A stretch of 64,000 bases of DNA from Bigelowiella natans CCMP2755 (Eukaryota; Protista; Cercozoa): positions 198,345-262,344 of the forward strand of contig ADNK01002290.1 of assembly GCA_000320545.1 (NCBI GenBank). Direction: 5' to 3'. The position numbers and the translations under genes are program-made. Positions 24,398-36,884 of this stretch are shown here, one piece after another; position 1 is the first letter of the stretch, and each line of letters opens with the position of its first letter. The notes under the pieces are model-generated. The model made no database searches, was not told the origin of the DNA, and saw only the letters and a list, made by a program, of their open reading frames with translations.

Positions 24398-27300
24398 CGC
24401 ATACGCATTCAAACGGTGTTTAATTCATATATAAAGGCATCTTCCGCATCACCTCTGGAGTACTGAAGATCGGGAATATCAGCTTCAACACGATCGGCGA
24501 GCGCAAGTGCAAGGTGGTGGCTCAGGAGGAAGTGCGGGACGCTGCCAGCTTGCTCGAGGTAAATGCCAAGGACTTGAACGAGGTGGTTACGAAGACAAAG
24601 CTCAAGGTCATCGGCCAAGCGCCCATTTCCGTAGGCCTTAGCGCCCAGCAAGCTACCTCTGCCCGCGATGCACTTGCAAAGTTTGTGTATGAGAAGATGT
24701 TTGACTGGCTGGTCAAGAAGGTCAACGCTGTGGTTGAACCCTCCGGAGCAACACGCTACAGCATTGGAATCCTTGATATCTTTGGCTTCGAGATCTTCGA
24801 GGCCAACAGCTACGAGCAGCTCTGCATCAACTTCACAAATGAAAAGCTGCAGCAGTTCTTCAACTTCCATACTTTCAAGCAAGAGGAGAAGTGCTACCGC
24901 GAGGAAGGCATCAAATACAAGAAGGTGCCCTACATAGACAACCAACCTGTTTTGGATCTTATCGAGAAAAAGCCCAGCGGCATCTTGCCTATGATAGATG
25001 AGGAGCTCATCGTACCCAAGGGCACAGACCTCACTCTGATCAAGAAGATGCATTCCAAACATGGCAACGATGCCAACTACCGAGAGGAGCGCAAGAAGCG
25101 TGTTGATCTCTTCACAGTTCTCCACTACGCAGGGGAGGTTACATACGACTCCAGAGGCTTTTTGGAGAAGGATCGTGACCGTCTCAACGATGAAGCGTAA
25201 GAATAATAATCACAATTTTCAAATACGCACTCATATTACTACTGCTGCTGCTGCCAAGCTGATAATTATAATAATGATAATAATGATAACAACAACAACA
25301 ACAACAATATTAATGCATAAATGTAGTAGAGTGGTACATAAAGTTGCATCTCATCATATTATGATTGATCAGGTATGCTCTCCTTTCGAAATCTACTTGC
25401 AAGTTCCTCTCCGCAATGTTCCCTGCCAAGAAAAAACGCAAGTCCGCAAAGCAGAGCACGCTAGGCTATCGTTTCTCGAAGCAGCTCGGGACATTGATGA
25501 AGGCACTTCATGCGACAGAGCCGCACTACATCCGCTGCATCAAACCTAACCCTAATAAAGCCCCCCTGCAGTTCTGTGGCAAAATGAGCTTCGACCAGCT
25601 GCGTAACTCTGGAGTATTCGAGGCTGTCAAGATTCGTAAGGCAGGCTATCCTTTCCGCTACACGCATACGGAGTTCTTCTGGAGGTTTTCATGCACGATG
25701 CCCGAAAATCGAGGCAAATGGGGCCGTGATATGATCGGGAACTGCACTACCCTCATCAAGAACTTTGGCCTTGACACCAAGGTAGTGCAGATTGGGCGCT
25801 CCAAGGTCCTTTATCGAGCGCCACAACATCGATTAATGGAATCGAAGCGACAAATTGCCGTGGAGCGCGTCGTCCGTTTCCTACAAAGAGTGTCACGTGG
25901 GTTCATTGCACGATGCCTCTTTAAGAGGATGAAGAAGATCATTCCCGTCTTGGAGCACGCGCTCAAAGTTCGCAGTACGGACGCTCTCAAAGCCGCTCTC
26001 GCCCAAGCTGACACAGTTGGTTTCGAAATGAAGTTGATCAAGGACGCGCGTTGGCAATTGCATGTCTTCGAAGAGGAGGAACGGGTCGAGAAGCTCTTGC
26101 AGACTCTTGTGCATGAAAATCCAGAGGAGTGCTTCGGAGAGCTCGCTGCCACACTCAAGACGTGCGAGGAGATCAAATACAGCTCCCCAATAGTCGAGCA
26201 GGCACGCAAAATCTTTGTGGTAGCACGCAAAGTGCGGGATGAGATCGATGAGGAGGGTGAAAAGGCTTTGGCATCACTGGAGGTGCACCAGCTGAAGAAC
26301 ACTCTTGACAAGGCGAATGCGCTCAAATTCCCACATCGCTCCCCAACGATCAATAAAATCATCGAGCTTTTGTACAACACCGCAAAGGATGAATTCGTCA
26401 AGCTGCAACTCAAGGCGTCTCTCAAACAGGGTGACAAGGCCCGGTTCATTGCTACCACAATAAAGTTGAGAGAACTATCGCTCAATCGCACCAAAGAACT
26501 GTTCCGCTTCAGCCGTTTCAATCTCCTCTATGATTCAGAGGCCTGGGCCGGTAAGAAGCTCTTTTGCTTTGACAAGAAAGCACTTGCGCAGAGCTATAGG
26601 CGGCACACATCGCAGCCTATCCACCACTCCTTGATCAAGCTGTGGGACGACAAGAAGAATAAGAAGACAGCGCTCGTCCTCTTCAAGAATATCTTAGGCT
26701 ACATGGGTGACCGACGCTATCAACAGGGGCAGGAAGTACTGCTCGCACAGGAAATCCTTAGCATGTGCGTCGATGTAAACGATCTTAGAATCGAGGTCTA
26801 CTGCCAGCTGATGAAACAGCTCACTAGGAATCCAAGACCAGAAAGCATCAATAAGGGATGGGACCTTATGATGCTTTGCGTGTCCACCTTCCCGCCCCCC
26901 CCCGTTATCGAAAACTTCGTCGAGTTGTTTATTCGAGAAAATGCTCCCAAGAAACGGGTGGATCCGATGATAAATAATATGCACCACAAGATGTACGATC
27001 TGAAAGAGTCTGGCAGCACGCCTACCACCCCCTCCGCAAATAAAATGAACGATATCTTGGACGGCCGCTTGAAACGGGGGTCAATCTGTCACGGCTACAA
27101 CACTTCCATCGCAGAGTTCGACCAGATCAAAAAGACCGGGCAACAGGAGGTTACCAACGCCATCAATCTAGGTGCCAACGGCCTACCAACCGCTCCGGAT
27201 CAAAAGCAAACCAAGACTGGTGGTGGTGGTGGTGGCGCGAAATCAATGAAAAGTCGACAACAAGAGCGGCCTGTTAGAGAAGTCATACCACAGAGGCCAC

Positions 27301-27434
27301 CGCGACCGGCAAATCCGCCACCAAATGCTGGGCTGCCACCTAACTGGAAAACGGCTACGGATCCCGAGTCGGGAGATATTTACTACTACAACACAATTAC
27401 CAAGGAAACATCATGGGACAAGCCAACAAGTTGA
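22570..27434 (+). CDS. Unconventional myosin heavy chain: motor, IQ, MyTH4, C-terminal WW (first exon probably further 5')
   Basis: GESGAGKT, NPVLEAFGNAKT, NNNSSRFGK, DIFGFE, EQLCINFTNEKLQ, HYIRCIKPN. MyTH4 NILGYMGDR...EVYCQLMKQLT...GWDLM...TFPP. WW LPPNWK...YYYN...TSWDKP. Confidence 0.97.
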
Positions 27435-28136
27435 AGGAAAAGAAGACTGGAAACCGATTCCTTTGGATGAGCACACACTAGTCTAGCAATGCTCATATAG
27501 TTGCAGTACAATATTTCTACTTTTGTTCGATTCGTCGCATTGAATGTACTACTAAATGTCGCGGAATTCTGATTCCTGGATCACAGTGTATGAGAGTGTA
27601 AGAATGGGCGAGGGGTGACGCTACGTGCTCACAGTCGTTCTCTCCGCTGTCTGAGCTGTGGATTCCGAATCAACATTAGCACACGCACACCGAACATGGC
27701 ATGGCTAGCTCGCTCTAATGCACAACACGCTAGCACGGCTCCATGTATGCAATGCAGCGTCGTAGCTGCTGCGCGTGTACACTGCGCTCCATCCCGCACA
27801 CAGAATGACTGCGATTTTTGTCATGGCATCTACTTTGGCTAGATCGATCGCACACATATCCACATCACACCTAGTTAGCTACTCGGCATGGTGGTTGTCA
27901 CGCGCTGTGCCTTGTGAGTGCGTAGCTCATCATCGTCTCGTATGACATGTGCACATGTGCACATATCAGACGATATCTAGATGTGATGGCAGCGTAGCCT
28001 ATTGTAGACAGATGACTTTCAATCATGACTGCACACAAGGTAGTTGCAGCACGTTGTACAATTGCAACCTTGTTTAATGATAGACAATATAATATATGTA
28101 ACATTTATACATTACTGTGTCTATTATTTTAATTAA

Positions 28137-30716
28137 CTACGTGCGGCATTCCCCACAAGAAGCCATTCGTTTGCCTCCGATAACTGGTGCGAAGTAGTTG
28201 TATTTGGATGACGATGGGTTCTCAAAATCTAGGAAAGCATGCTTTATTGTTATGAGAAGAGATTTCAGCCTCTCCAGAACACCAACAAGATCATCCCGTG
28301 ATGCCAATCCGTTGCTGCAGCAGATGGGCTGGCAAATATCGCCCGTCGTCGTCGTTGTCATCAGATTTGTCCCCGCGTTTGAGTCACTGCTACTATTATT
28401 TAATTGGGCATCATCACCATCTTTGATCCTCCCATCAAGCACCAGCACTCTATGGTAAATCGCATCCCCTAGTTTCTTCGCTGCTTTCTTTAGGGACGGC
28501 AACGTTGTGCCCCTGAATGACTTCTTGCTCTTGTAAGTGCGGATTTTGGTCATCTTCCCATCTTTGTCGCGCATGAACACGAACCGCCTCAGGCCGATGG
28601 CAGATGCCACGATGCTACATGTCTCTGCGATGATTCTGGCGTCCATAAAGCTTATTCTTATCGAAACCATAGCTATGAATTGATCAATTAGCTCCACAGC
28701 GTGTTGAGATGCCAGGTGCTCTTCCTTCGTCGAGTCCGTACGAAGCCATTTTGTCCTTAGTAAATCCTTTAGCACTCGGACCAAAGCAAATTGCAACGCT
28801 GTACTTGTAGTCGCAGCAGTGGTAGTTGTGGCAGCTGTGAGTGCATTATCTAAGGGGGCGAGAAGTAGCGCTTTGTAGAGTCTAGAAACGTGTTTTGGTG
28901 CAATTTCCGCCATAATGCCTTGGATGAGAATTACTTCCTCCCTTGCTGCTTCTGCTTCGCCTACTTCCGTTGATGTATCAAATAAAGCTTCTGAATTATA
29001 ATTCAACATGAGGGCTAATGCTGCTAGAATATCATTGATTCGCGATTCATCGATGACGACGCCAGTCCTGTTCTGCAATTGCACTGTCAACCTACGACGG
29101 AGTAGGCGGAGCTCAGGAAGGTCTTTACCAGAAAGCGTCAATGAGACGATCACCGAGGTCAGCATATGTAAAGCTCGGGGTCTCCTTTCTACCTTCTCCT
29201 CTTGTTGTTGATCTTGCTGCTGGGTTTTGGAGAAATTGGAAGTTTGGCCAATAGCTTTGTCACCCACGTAGCATACGTAGCTCGCCAGTCCCGTCACATC
29301 TAAGTTGGAAGAAGAGAAATACCCGCAGTTATCATTCTGATGATGTTGTTGCTGCCTTTTTGAGTCTTTTGATAGTAAGGCCTTATTTTCTTCTTCGCCT
29401 TCCGTTTCCGTCTGTTGATCTTGGTTGTTAAAGAATGAAAGAGGAAGACCAACGATTTTCTTGAAAATTGATTCCCTATTCCGAACAACGTGATCGTAGC
29501 AAAACCTAAAAGGTTCGATCTTCAACGTTCCGAGCATCTTTGTTGTTAAGTCAGAGAGCCTCTTCATAATTGCATTCTGTTGTTCAGCTGGCCGAAGCAA
29601 TGCACGAAATCTCATTATTATTAGGAGGAGTTTGAGAAAGGCAAGCTTCACCGTGGTCTCCGATTCCTCCATACCATCGCGTTGTAGCTTCGTAAATATT
29701 TCGGATGAAAAATTAACGCTCGCTTTCAAATAACATTTGAAGGAATTCTCGACTGAGTCTCCGAAGCTGACGATATGCCGACTGCAGCTTTCATATGCAA
29801 ATGCATCACCTTGGCTTTTCTTCTTGACCAAAGAGCGTACATGGATTACTGCCTCACGAATTCGCACCAGCTGTAGCTTGATCACTTCGGTAAATGACTG
29901 CAGGTGCATGGATCTTCTTCGTGAAGGTTTCATGATTTTGAACGCTGTCTGAAATAGTAGCAGTGAATCCTCAAACAGAACGGTGCCCCGCACAGCTTCA
30001 TCTACGACCACTGAGCCCTCAACGAAAGCATCTGCATTTCGCATGGCTGATAAACCGTTCTCAAGGAGTAGCATCGTTTCACGAGGAGGACAGTTACGAC
30101 AAAGCCAAAGAAGAGATGACATTGCAGCTTTGCGAATCTCCGGATGCTCGCACGGAGTGTTCATCACCTTTCCCCCTTCTTTTGACTCCGTAGGCTTCGC
30201 CCCTTTTTCTTCGTAATTTGTATTAAATTCTTCGTTATTTGTATCATCATCCTCAGAGTTCCATTCACCCTTAAGGCCACCATGTGTGTCTTCTCCCCAA
30301 TCAGCTTCTTCTTCACCCACGTCCTCATCCCATCTGTCTTCGCTGCTACCTTCCTCTTTCGTGTTGCAGTCGGTTGAAGAATACACTGCACATAACAAGA
30401 TTTCGATTAGTTCGAAACCTAGTTGATGAAATTCCTCCTTTAATAGGTTCTTCGTGATCCATTGAAGCACCGATATGAAACTGGAATGGTGCTCCCTTGC
30501 GTTCCCTAGCGTTTTTTTCACAGTTTGTAATAGCTGGTGGTTGCTATCCCATGATGGTGATGATGCCACGCCATCCACATTCCTGCTTTTATATTCATGA
30601 AGACTTTCCCCCAGCGCCTTCAACATTGGATTCCAGTGGGGGGAGAGCGACCCCGATGCGAGTCCGAATCGACGCCGGCGAGGGGAAGGGAGGAGGAGGA
30701 TAACGAAGGATATCAC
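28137..30716 (-). CDS. Putative glomulin/ALF4/Ybp1-family helical protein (about 860 aa)
   Basis: Long ORF. QLGFELIEIL, CRNCPPRETMLLLE and SAIGLRRFVFMRD resemble the family motifs .IGWDL, CSPRE.L and SALNL.RF. 5' end uncertain. Confidence 0.5.
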   Translation of the reverse strand: MISFVILLLPSPRRRRFGLASGSLSPHWNPMLKALGESLHEYKSRNVDGVASSPSWDSNHQLLQTVKKTLGNAREHHSSFISVLQWITKNLLKEEFHQLGFELIEILLCAVYSSTDCNTKEEGSSEDRWDEDVGEEEADWGEDTHGGLKGEWNSEDDDTNNEEFNTNYEEKGAKPTESKEGGKVMNTPCEHPEIRKAAMSSLLWLCRNCPPRETMLLLENGLSAMRNADAFVEGSVVVDEAVRGTVLFEDSLLLFQTAFKIMKPSRRRSMHLQSFTEVIKLQLVRIREAVIHVRSLVKKKSQGDAFAYESCSRHIVSFGDSVENSFKCYLKASVNFSSEIFTKLQRDGMEESETTVKLAFLKLLLIIMRFRALLRPAEQQNAIMKRLSDLTTKMLGTLKIEPFRFCYDHVVRNRESIFKKIVGLPLSFFNNQDQQTETEGEEENKALLSKDSKRQQQHHQNDNCGYFSSSNLDVTGLASYVCYVGDKAIGQTSNFSKTQQQDQQQEEKVERRPRALHMLTSVIVSLTLSGKDLPELRLLRRRLTVQLQNRTGVVIDESRINDILAALALMLNYNSEALFDTSTEVGEAEAAREEVILIQGIMAEIAPKHVSRLYKALLLAPLDNALTAATTTTAATTSTALQFALVRVLKDLLRTKWLRTDSTKEEHLASQHAVELIDQFIAMVSIRISFMDARIIAETCSIVASAIGLRRFVFMRDKDGKMTKIRTYKSKKSFRGTTLPSLKKAAKKLGDAIYHRVLVLDGRIKDGDDAQLNNSSSDSNAGTNLMTTTTTGDICQPICCSNGLASRDDLVGVLERLKSLLITIKHAFLDFENPSSSKYNYFAPVIGGKRMASCGECRT

Positions 30717-30987
30717 TGAACTGTAGGGGATCTATATAAGACGACAAGCCAGTATATCTGAGATTGGACGAAAATCCCATGTCGTCTGCAGCAGCATTCG
30801 CATTTTTCTCTTCGAATAGAAAGAGCGTTTTGGTGGTGGGCCACGGCTTTGCTTTCATCAGTTGGAAGGAAGGAAGGAACGAACGAAAAAGGAAGCACAA
30901 GACGTCTTTTACATCGAGACAACGAAGAGCAATTGGGGTAAAGCATCTCTACACACAGCCACACGTACAGTCATCGCATAGGACATC

Positions 30988-33579
30988 ATGAAAGCAGTTG
31001 GCGCTGCTTCAAACGAAGAGGAGGCTGGCATGTTCGAGTTGATAAAGACATCGACTTCTCAGTTTCTTGCACTTCAATCTGTGTCTCGGCACGTCAAAAT
31101 TAATGAGGAGGCTGTTGCAAAGTTTGCAGCTACTATCGGGCCAAAAGAACTACAATCTGCGACACGCACACCATTCCCTCTGAAATTTAAGGTCAGTCAT
31201 GCTGCGCAGTCCCAGCGTGGCATAGATGAGTCGAATTTATTTCCCAGCTAAAAATCTAACCGATTTCGTTAATAAATTGATAAATTTTGTCAGGATCGGG
31301 CATCCGAGTTGAATTTTCTCGGGCTTCTTCATGCTCTTAACTTTGGCTCCGGTTACAGGGAGTTGCTGCACCAACACTGTAATCGCGGTGCGTACGAAAC
31401 AATCGCTCACGGCTGCATCGGAGCTCACATCTCCCAGACAATCAATGCGGACTTTCTTCTGAACCTTAAGCTCGTCGATATTCCGCAGCTTTTTGGTATC
31501 CCTTTAGACATGGATGTAGAGATAAAGCCTGCAATTCATTCCACGAAACATAGTCCTGTGCGGCCCCTTGCGGCAAAGATTGTCGCTGTTTGCAATAAGA
31601 TGGGTCGTACAATGCGCGCTCGACAGTGGGAAGGATTCAGCGACTTCGTCATGGAAACACTTGAAGATATACGAGGAGTAGGCCCAGGGGGGCAATCGAA
31701 GCAGCGCAAAGGTAGCAGTCGACCCGCTGCAGACTTCGTGAAAGAGCTTGGCAAAGCTTTCCCCTCCGTTTTCAAAGATGTTTACGAGTTCAAACAGCAA
31801 AGTGGTGATAGTACCAACACCATAGAGGAAGGGAAAGAAAACAAACAAGATCCTGCCTCCACAAGTACCACGGTGGGGATGGTGCACATCTACAAAAAAG
31901 CACAGCTTCTCGTGAACGAGCTGCATAGAAGATTCAAGGACGAAGACCCCTCACTTTTTGACTTCGAGGACATCGATAACATGACTGTTTGCGCTGACAA
32001 CGTGCTGCCTGCCGCTTTGCGTCACTATGGAATATTGGAGTATTCGGAGGAGCTTGGGAGGAGAGTTGACTCACGGTGCCCCCTCAAAAACAGGGAGATG
32101 GAGTGCGCAATGCGTGCCGGGAGCATTGTTGCTTGCGAGATGATTCTGAAAGAGCTGAAGGCACGATCTAGTGATTGGAATACGAAGGTAGCAGTGTTTC
32201 AGAATTAGTGATTTGATGGTAGATGAATGAATGGTCTAATGCATGCAATGTCATCCACCATTCGAGTCTATTTTGCAAGAAATTAAATTCAATCTAACAA
32301 TGCCTTTTGTTTTTTTTCGATTTCATCATCGGGGAACAAGAAGCGGAGAAAGAATGTCGGTGAAAACCCAGGCGGCAAGAAACTTGAGGCCACCTATTCA
32401 CATCCAAAATGTCGACCCCTCTCAGATTCAGATCTCAAGAAAGCAAGTCAAGCATTCTTCATATTCTTTTCTTATTAAATTTTGGTGTTCATCATCATCA
32501 TTATTAGCATCATGAATATCAGTAACAATACTGAGCCAATATTATTCCGTAGGGGAACAACAACTAGAAGAATTGGAAGATCATAGCTACGGCTGCATCG
32601 TGCTATCTTCTTCCGCCTCTCGTTCTTCTAGCGAGAACGAATCTGAACAACAACTGCCGCAGCATACATGCGTGCTGCTAATCAAGCCCAAAAAGACAAG
32701 CAAGGGCTATGTTTTTCCAAAAGGCCATCCTGATCCTGGTGAAAAGATGGAGGATTGCGCATGCCGAGAGACAAGGGAGGAAACTGGGGTGACACCGTCA
32801 GGGCATCTTCAAAGTGCTTATGCTGAAAGGGGCTACAGCTTCATCGGAAAGCTTCATAGCGACAAATGGAAGAAACATGCAGCATACCCTGACGAAGCAA
32901 AGCGGCCCATCCTTGTCGTGCATAAAATCGTTCGTCTATACTTCGCCTGGTGCTCTACATTGGTAAGAAACTGGAATAGATGAGAATCTGTGAGGGGGTA
33001 AGGTTGAGATGGAGGTCTGTGACATTCTGTTGGTCTTATGTTGTTACCGTTGCTCCTTCTGCGCTAATATTTATGAGCCTTTAGTCCATTACTGCTAGAG
33101 AATAAAAAGAAGAAGATGAAGAACAGTCTGGAGGAGAAACAAAGATTTTTTCCTATTTTTATATTTGTGTCATTTTTACTTTGCTACTTTTAAGTGCCGC
33201 CTCCTCCCCCCCCCCTCAGAACACATCTCAACTGCGACCCAATTCAGAGGCTCATGAGGTGGTCTGGGTACCATTACAGGAGGCAGAACAAAAGTTAACA
33301 TTCCAAGAGGATAAGGACATGTTACGAGAAGTGCTTCGTACTAATCAAGTTATGACAAAGTTGAGTGCCCTCAAGTGGGAAATTCCCAAAAAATATCAAA
33401 AGGGAAGTGCAGGTGATAGCAAGCAGGGTGTGGATAACCGTAGAGACGATTTTGAGGATGATCCGAGCAAGCTAGCTACTAGCGATGCCTTGGACTTCTA
33501 CTTGTGGAGGGAAGTAGGCAAATTGCCTCAAGTGCGAAAGGAACCAAGACATCTCATGCAAGATACCGTGTTCTATTGA
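30988..33579 (+). CDS. QNG1: Queuosine 5'-phosphate N-glycosylase (QNG1/C9orf64, DUF2419) with an internal Nudix hydrolase domain
   Basis: SRHVKINEEAV, ALNFGSG, AFPSVFKD, IYKKAQLLV, DIDNMTVCADNVLPAAL...GILEYSEEL, E..MR. Nudix box FPKGHPDPGEKMEDCACRETREETGV. Terminal LDFYLW...PRH...TVFY*. Confidence 0.85.
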
Positions 33580-34304
33580 AGCAAGCTGGCATATCTAGTA
33601 TATGTGTGTGCATATCCACATATGTGAGCATTGTAGTAACTTAGCTAATTCGAAATGTTCTTCACGTAATAGCGTACAGGCGTGTTACTCGAGTTGGCCA
33701 TGCTAGCATGATAGAAGTGCATATGCTCAGTGCATATACTAGACATATGATGCTAATAGTGTACGGTATAGTGTTGCTATCCGTAGATGTCGCAGCTATA
33801 CAGTATAGCTAGCAGTAGTTTCCTAGAATCACAATGCGCGACTATTGCTGACACATAGCAAGATGTAGACCACAGTAGAGTGCGCACGTACATCTAGACA
33901 TGCGCATGACACCTACTCCAAACGAGTGCTGTGTATAGAAATGCACAACACGCGTGCATATTGATCATTGTCTATAGCTTGATAGCCGTACGGACAAAAT
34001 TGTTATTAGCATTGCTAGATTGAAGTATGTTTACATGTGTATGTGTGTAAATGTTCTTTTTTTAATTAATAATGCTTCTCGTACGACGTCTAGACGTACA
34101 CGGGGAAGCCCTAAAGTAATGTGGGATCTATGTGCTGCCCCCCCGTGTTAACTCTTAGGAGTGTTCAGGGTGACGAGAAGGTGTCTAATGGCTATAATAT
34201 TGATGACTGATACAATGAGTATCCAGATACCAGTGTGTAAAACACATATGCCGGCGGTGTTTTGCATGATACGATCTCATTTGATGTTAAACTGCATTTC
34301 AGCA

Positions 34305-34456
34305 TCATCTAGTGGCTAAAGCGTCCGTTGCCAGCTTCAGTGGCACGGAAGACCTTCGTCTGGGTTTTACAGGCGTGTTCAATTTGAGTAACTCGCTCTC
34401 TAATGTGACCTCCTCAGCCAATTTGTTCCTCACTGCATAGTTAACAGAGCACATAC

Positions 34457-34491
<35 letters not shown>

Positions 34492-36884
34492 GCACACAAT
34501 GAAGGCAGATGCTTTCAAATAGGTTCCCTAATTGTGATAGCATTAATCATTACCTAATTTCTGCAAGTTGCTTCGCTCTCCTCGAAGCCGCTGGAGTTCA
34601 TTTTCCAACTCGCACACACGTTGGTGCTCTTGCTTCAGCAGCTAAGAGGAAGCAACAGAGTGACCAAGATCATTATGGCGTTGGAGGACATATTTGTGCT
34701 TTATATCTCTTTACTCATCATTTTGAACACCACTTCTATAAAATTAAAACAGTAGTAATCATGCAACCTGACATCCCTTAGTCTTGAGCTGGTCTAGTTG
34801 TGCTTGGACCCGCTCAGATGCCTATGGTTGTGTTCCATCGGGTATAATAATGTCAACAAAGTCAAAAGACCACAGGTGGCCCAACCACCAGCAGGTGCTT
34901 TCTACGAAGAAACTCGAAGAAGCGTATTGATACAAAAATTACCCCCGAAAAAACATTCCCACACCCACACCCCCACACCAACACCACTAAATCCACAGTG
35001 GAATATACCCCTATCAATTGTCGTAGTAATCGCTGGTAGTAGTTAGTAGTAGTAGTAGTAGTAGTAGTAGTAGCACAAACACATGGTAGAAGTAAAACAC
35101 CTCCTCGCTGCTAGCCTCTTTGATCTGCTGAACGGCATCAACGTGTATGAGAATGTTACTTTTCGTTCTATCGGGCTCTACCCAAGACGTCTTGTTCAGA
35201 GCAGGGTTGAAGTAGTACATACACTCAGTTTTCTCATCCAAGTACCTATTAATAATGATGTGGTGATGAAACAGATGACGTTAGTAGGTAGGGTGTTGGA
35301 TATCGTGTGATATTTCTAAAACATTGACAAATTAAAACTCACGCTCCCCCACCCCCCCCCCCACCGCCCCCCTCTCTTCTCTTGTTCAACCCTATCCATA
35401 TATCCGGTAGTTTGTCCTGACAGGAAAAAGCACATAAATAGTTTGAGGCATATCAGTTGTAAGCAACTTGCAGGATCACACAACTTCAAACGCTATCTTT
35501 CGCAAACTTATTGGTGTGGTTATGTAGTCTTTGGAACTGTAAGGAAAAGAAACAACTCCCGCTCTCTCGCTCTCGCGCGCTCTCTCTCTCTCTCTCTCAC
35601 CGTAACAAGAAGAGGCAACAGCACAATCTAGTGCTTCAACATTGCTTTTGCTGCACTATTGCTGCTACTATTGGCAGTCTACTTTTGCTATTATAATTAT
35701 TATCATCATGCTAATAATCGGATCATTCTCCTCATCTTACCGGGAGACCAAGATCCTCGCTGTCAAAGGAGGCGAGGGAGAACGTAGAGGACATGCGTTT
35801 GTGCCCGACTCCATCAGCCCCTCGAGATGTACTCGACCGCCTCGCGATGGCAGTAGCCGACGAAGACAGCTCTGATCCATCCGAAAGCTGAAAATCAAAC
35901 AGATAAGTTGCTTATATCCTTGAAGTCATCATAAGCCAAGCTAAAAATCACTCTTGGGAGTGCTACAGATTTAGTTGTAACATTCTGAATAGATGCTCTA
36001 CTCATACCACTGAGGGGGGTGCAGACTGCGTCGAGACCTGCGACTTTATGGAGGACGTCAAATCTTGAATGTCTGGAAGACAACATGTCAGCGTCGCTAT
36101 CACTTCATCTCCTATTAATTGAGCTACCTAGATCGCACTCATCACTATTTCTTAAATCGTTTTTACGTTCCGCATTGCTCGGCTCTTGATTGCCATCATT
36201 ATGTCCTGATTCTGGAAGGCAGGCTCATGTCAAACGATGCAAGTGCGTAGAACATAATCATACTGCCTGTAGGTAATACCTTTGTTACTCTTCTTCTCTT
36301 TGTTTGCCACAACAGGCTTAGCTGGGCGGCGATCTCCTTCAGGAGGAGTGCTATTTCCTAGGGCCTCCTGATAAGCCTTAGAGGTTTCTTCTATTTTGTA
36401 CCGAAGACGCTCAATCTAAATAGGACCATAATATCATCACGACAACAGAATGCCCCTCGCCCCCCCCCCACACTCTCTTTCTCATTCACAACCTCTCGCT
36501 CGAGTCTGGCCTCGTTACGTTTTTCTTCACCCAGCATAATTTTGTATTTCTCGACGATAGCATGTAGCCTTTCATTCTGTAATTGCATAGCCACGTTGGT
36601 CATCGTCATGCTTATAAACAGGCGTCTTGAAAAATGATTGCGATCTACAGCTACACAACCTCTTTTGCTTCGTCAAGATTATTGTTGGCAGCATCTCCTC
36701 TCTTGGTTGACCAGGCTTCTTCTACAAGATGGCCCATCATCAGAAATAAATTACTGTGCTTATTATCAGGAGCAGATGCAGAATTACTTCTATAAGATTT
36801 GTAGACAACATATGCCATGGTAGCCATGCCTCCGACAGCAGCGGCTGATACTACCAGAGCTCTGGAGGAGGACCCTATCATCAT
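34305..36884 (-). CDS. Multi-exon protein with N-terminal hydrophobic anchor, coiled coil and WW domain (boundaries uncertain)
   Basis: ALVVSAAAVGGMATMAYVVYK, LQNERLHAIVEKYKIMLGEEKRNEARLERE, and WW-like YLDEKTECMYYFNPALNKTSWVEP. Confidence 0.55.
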
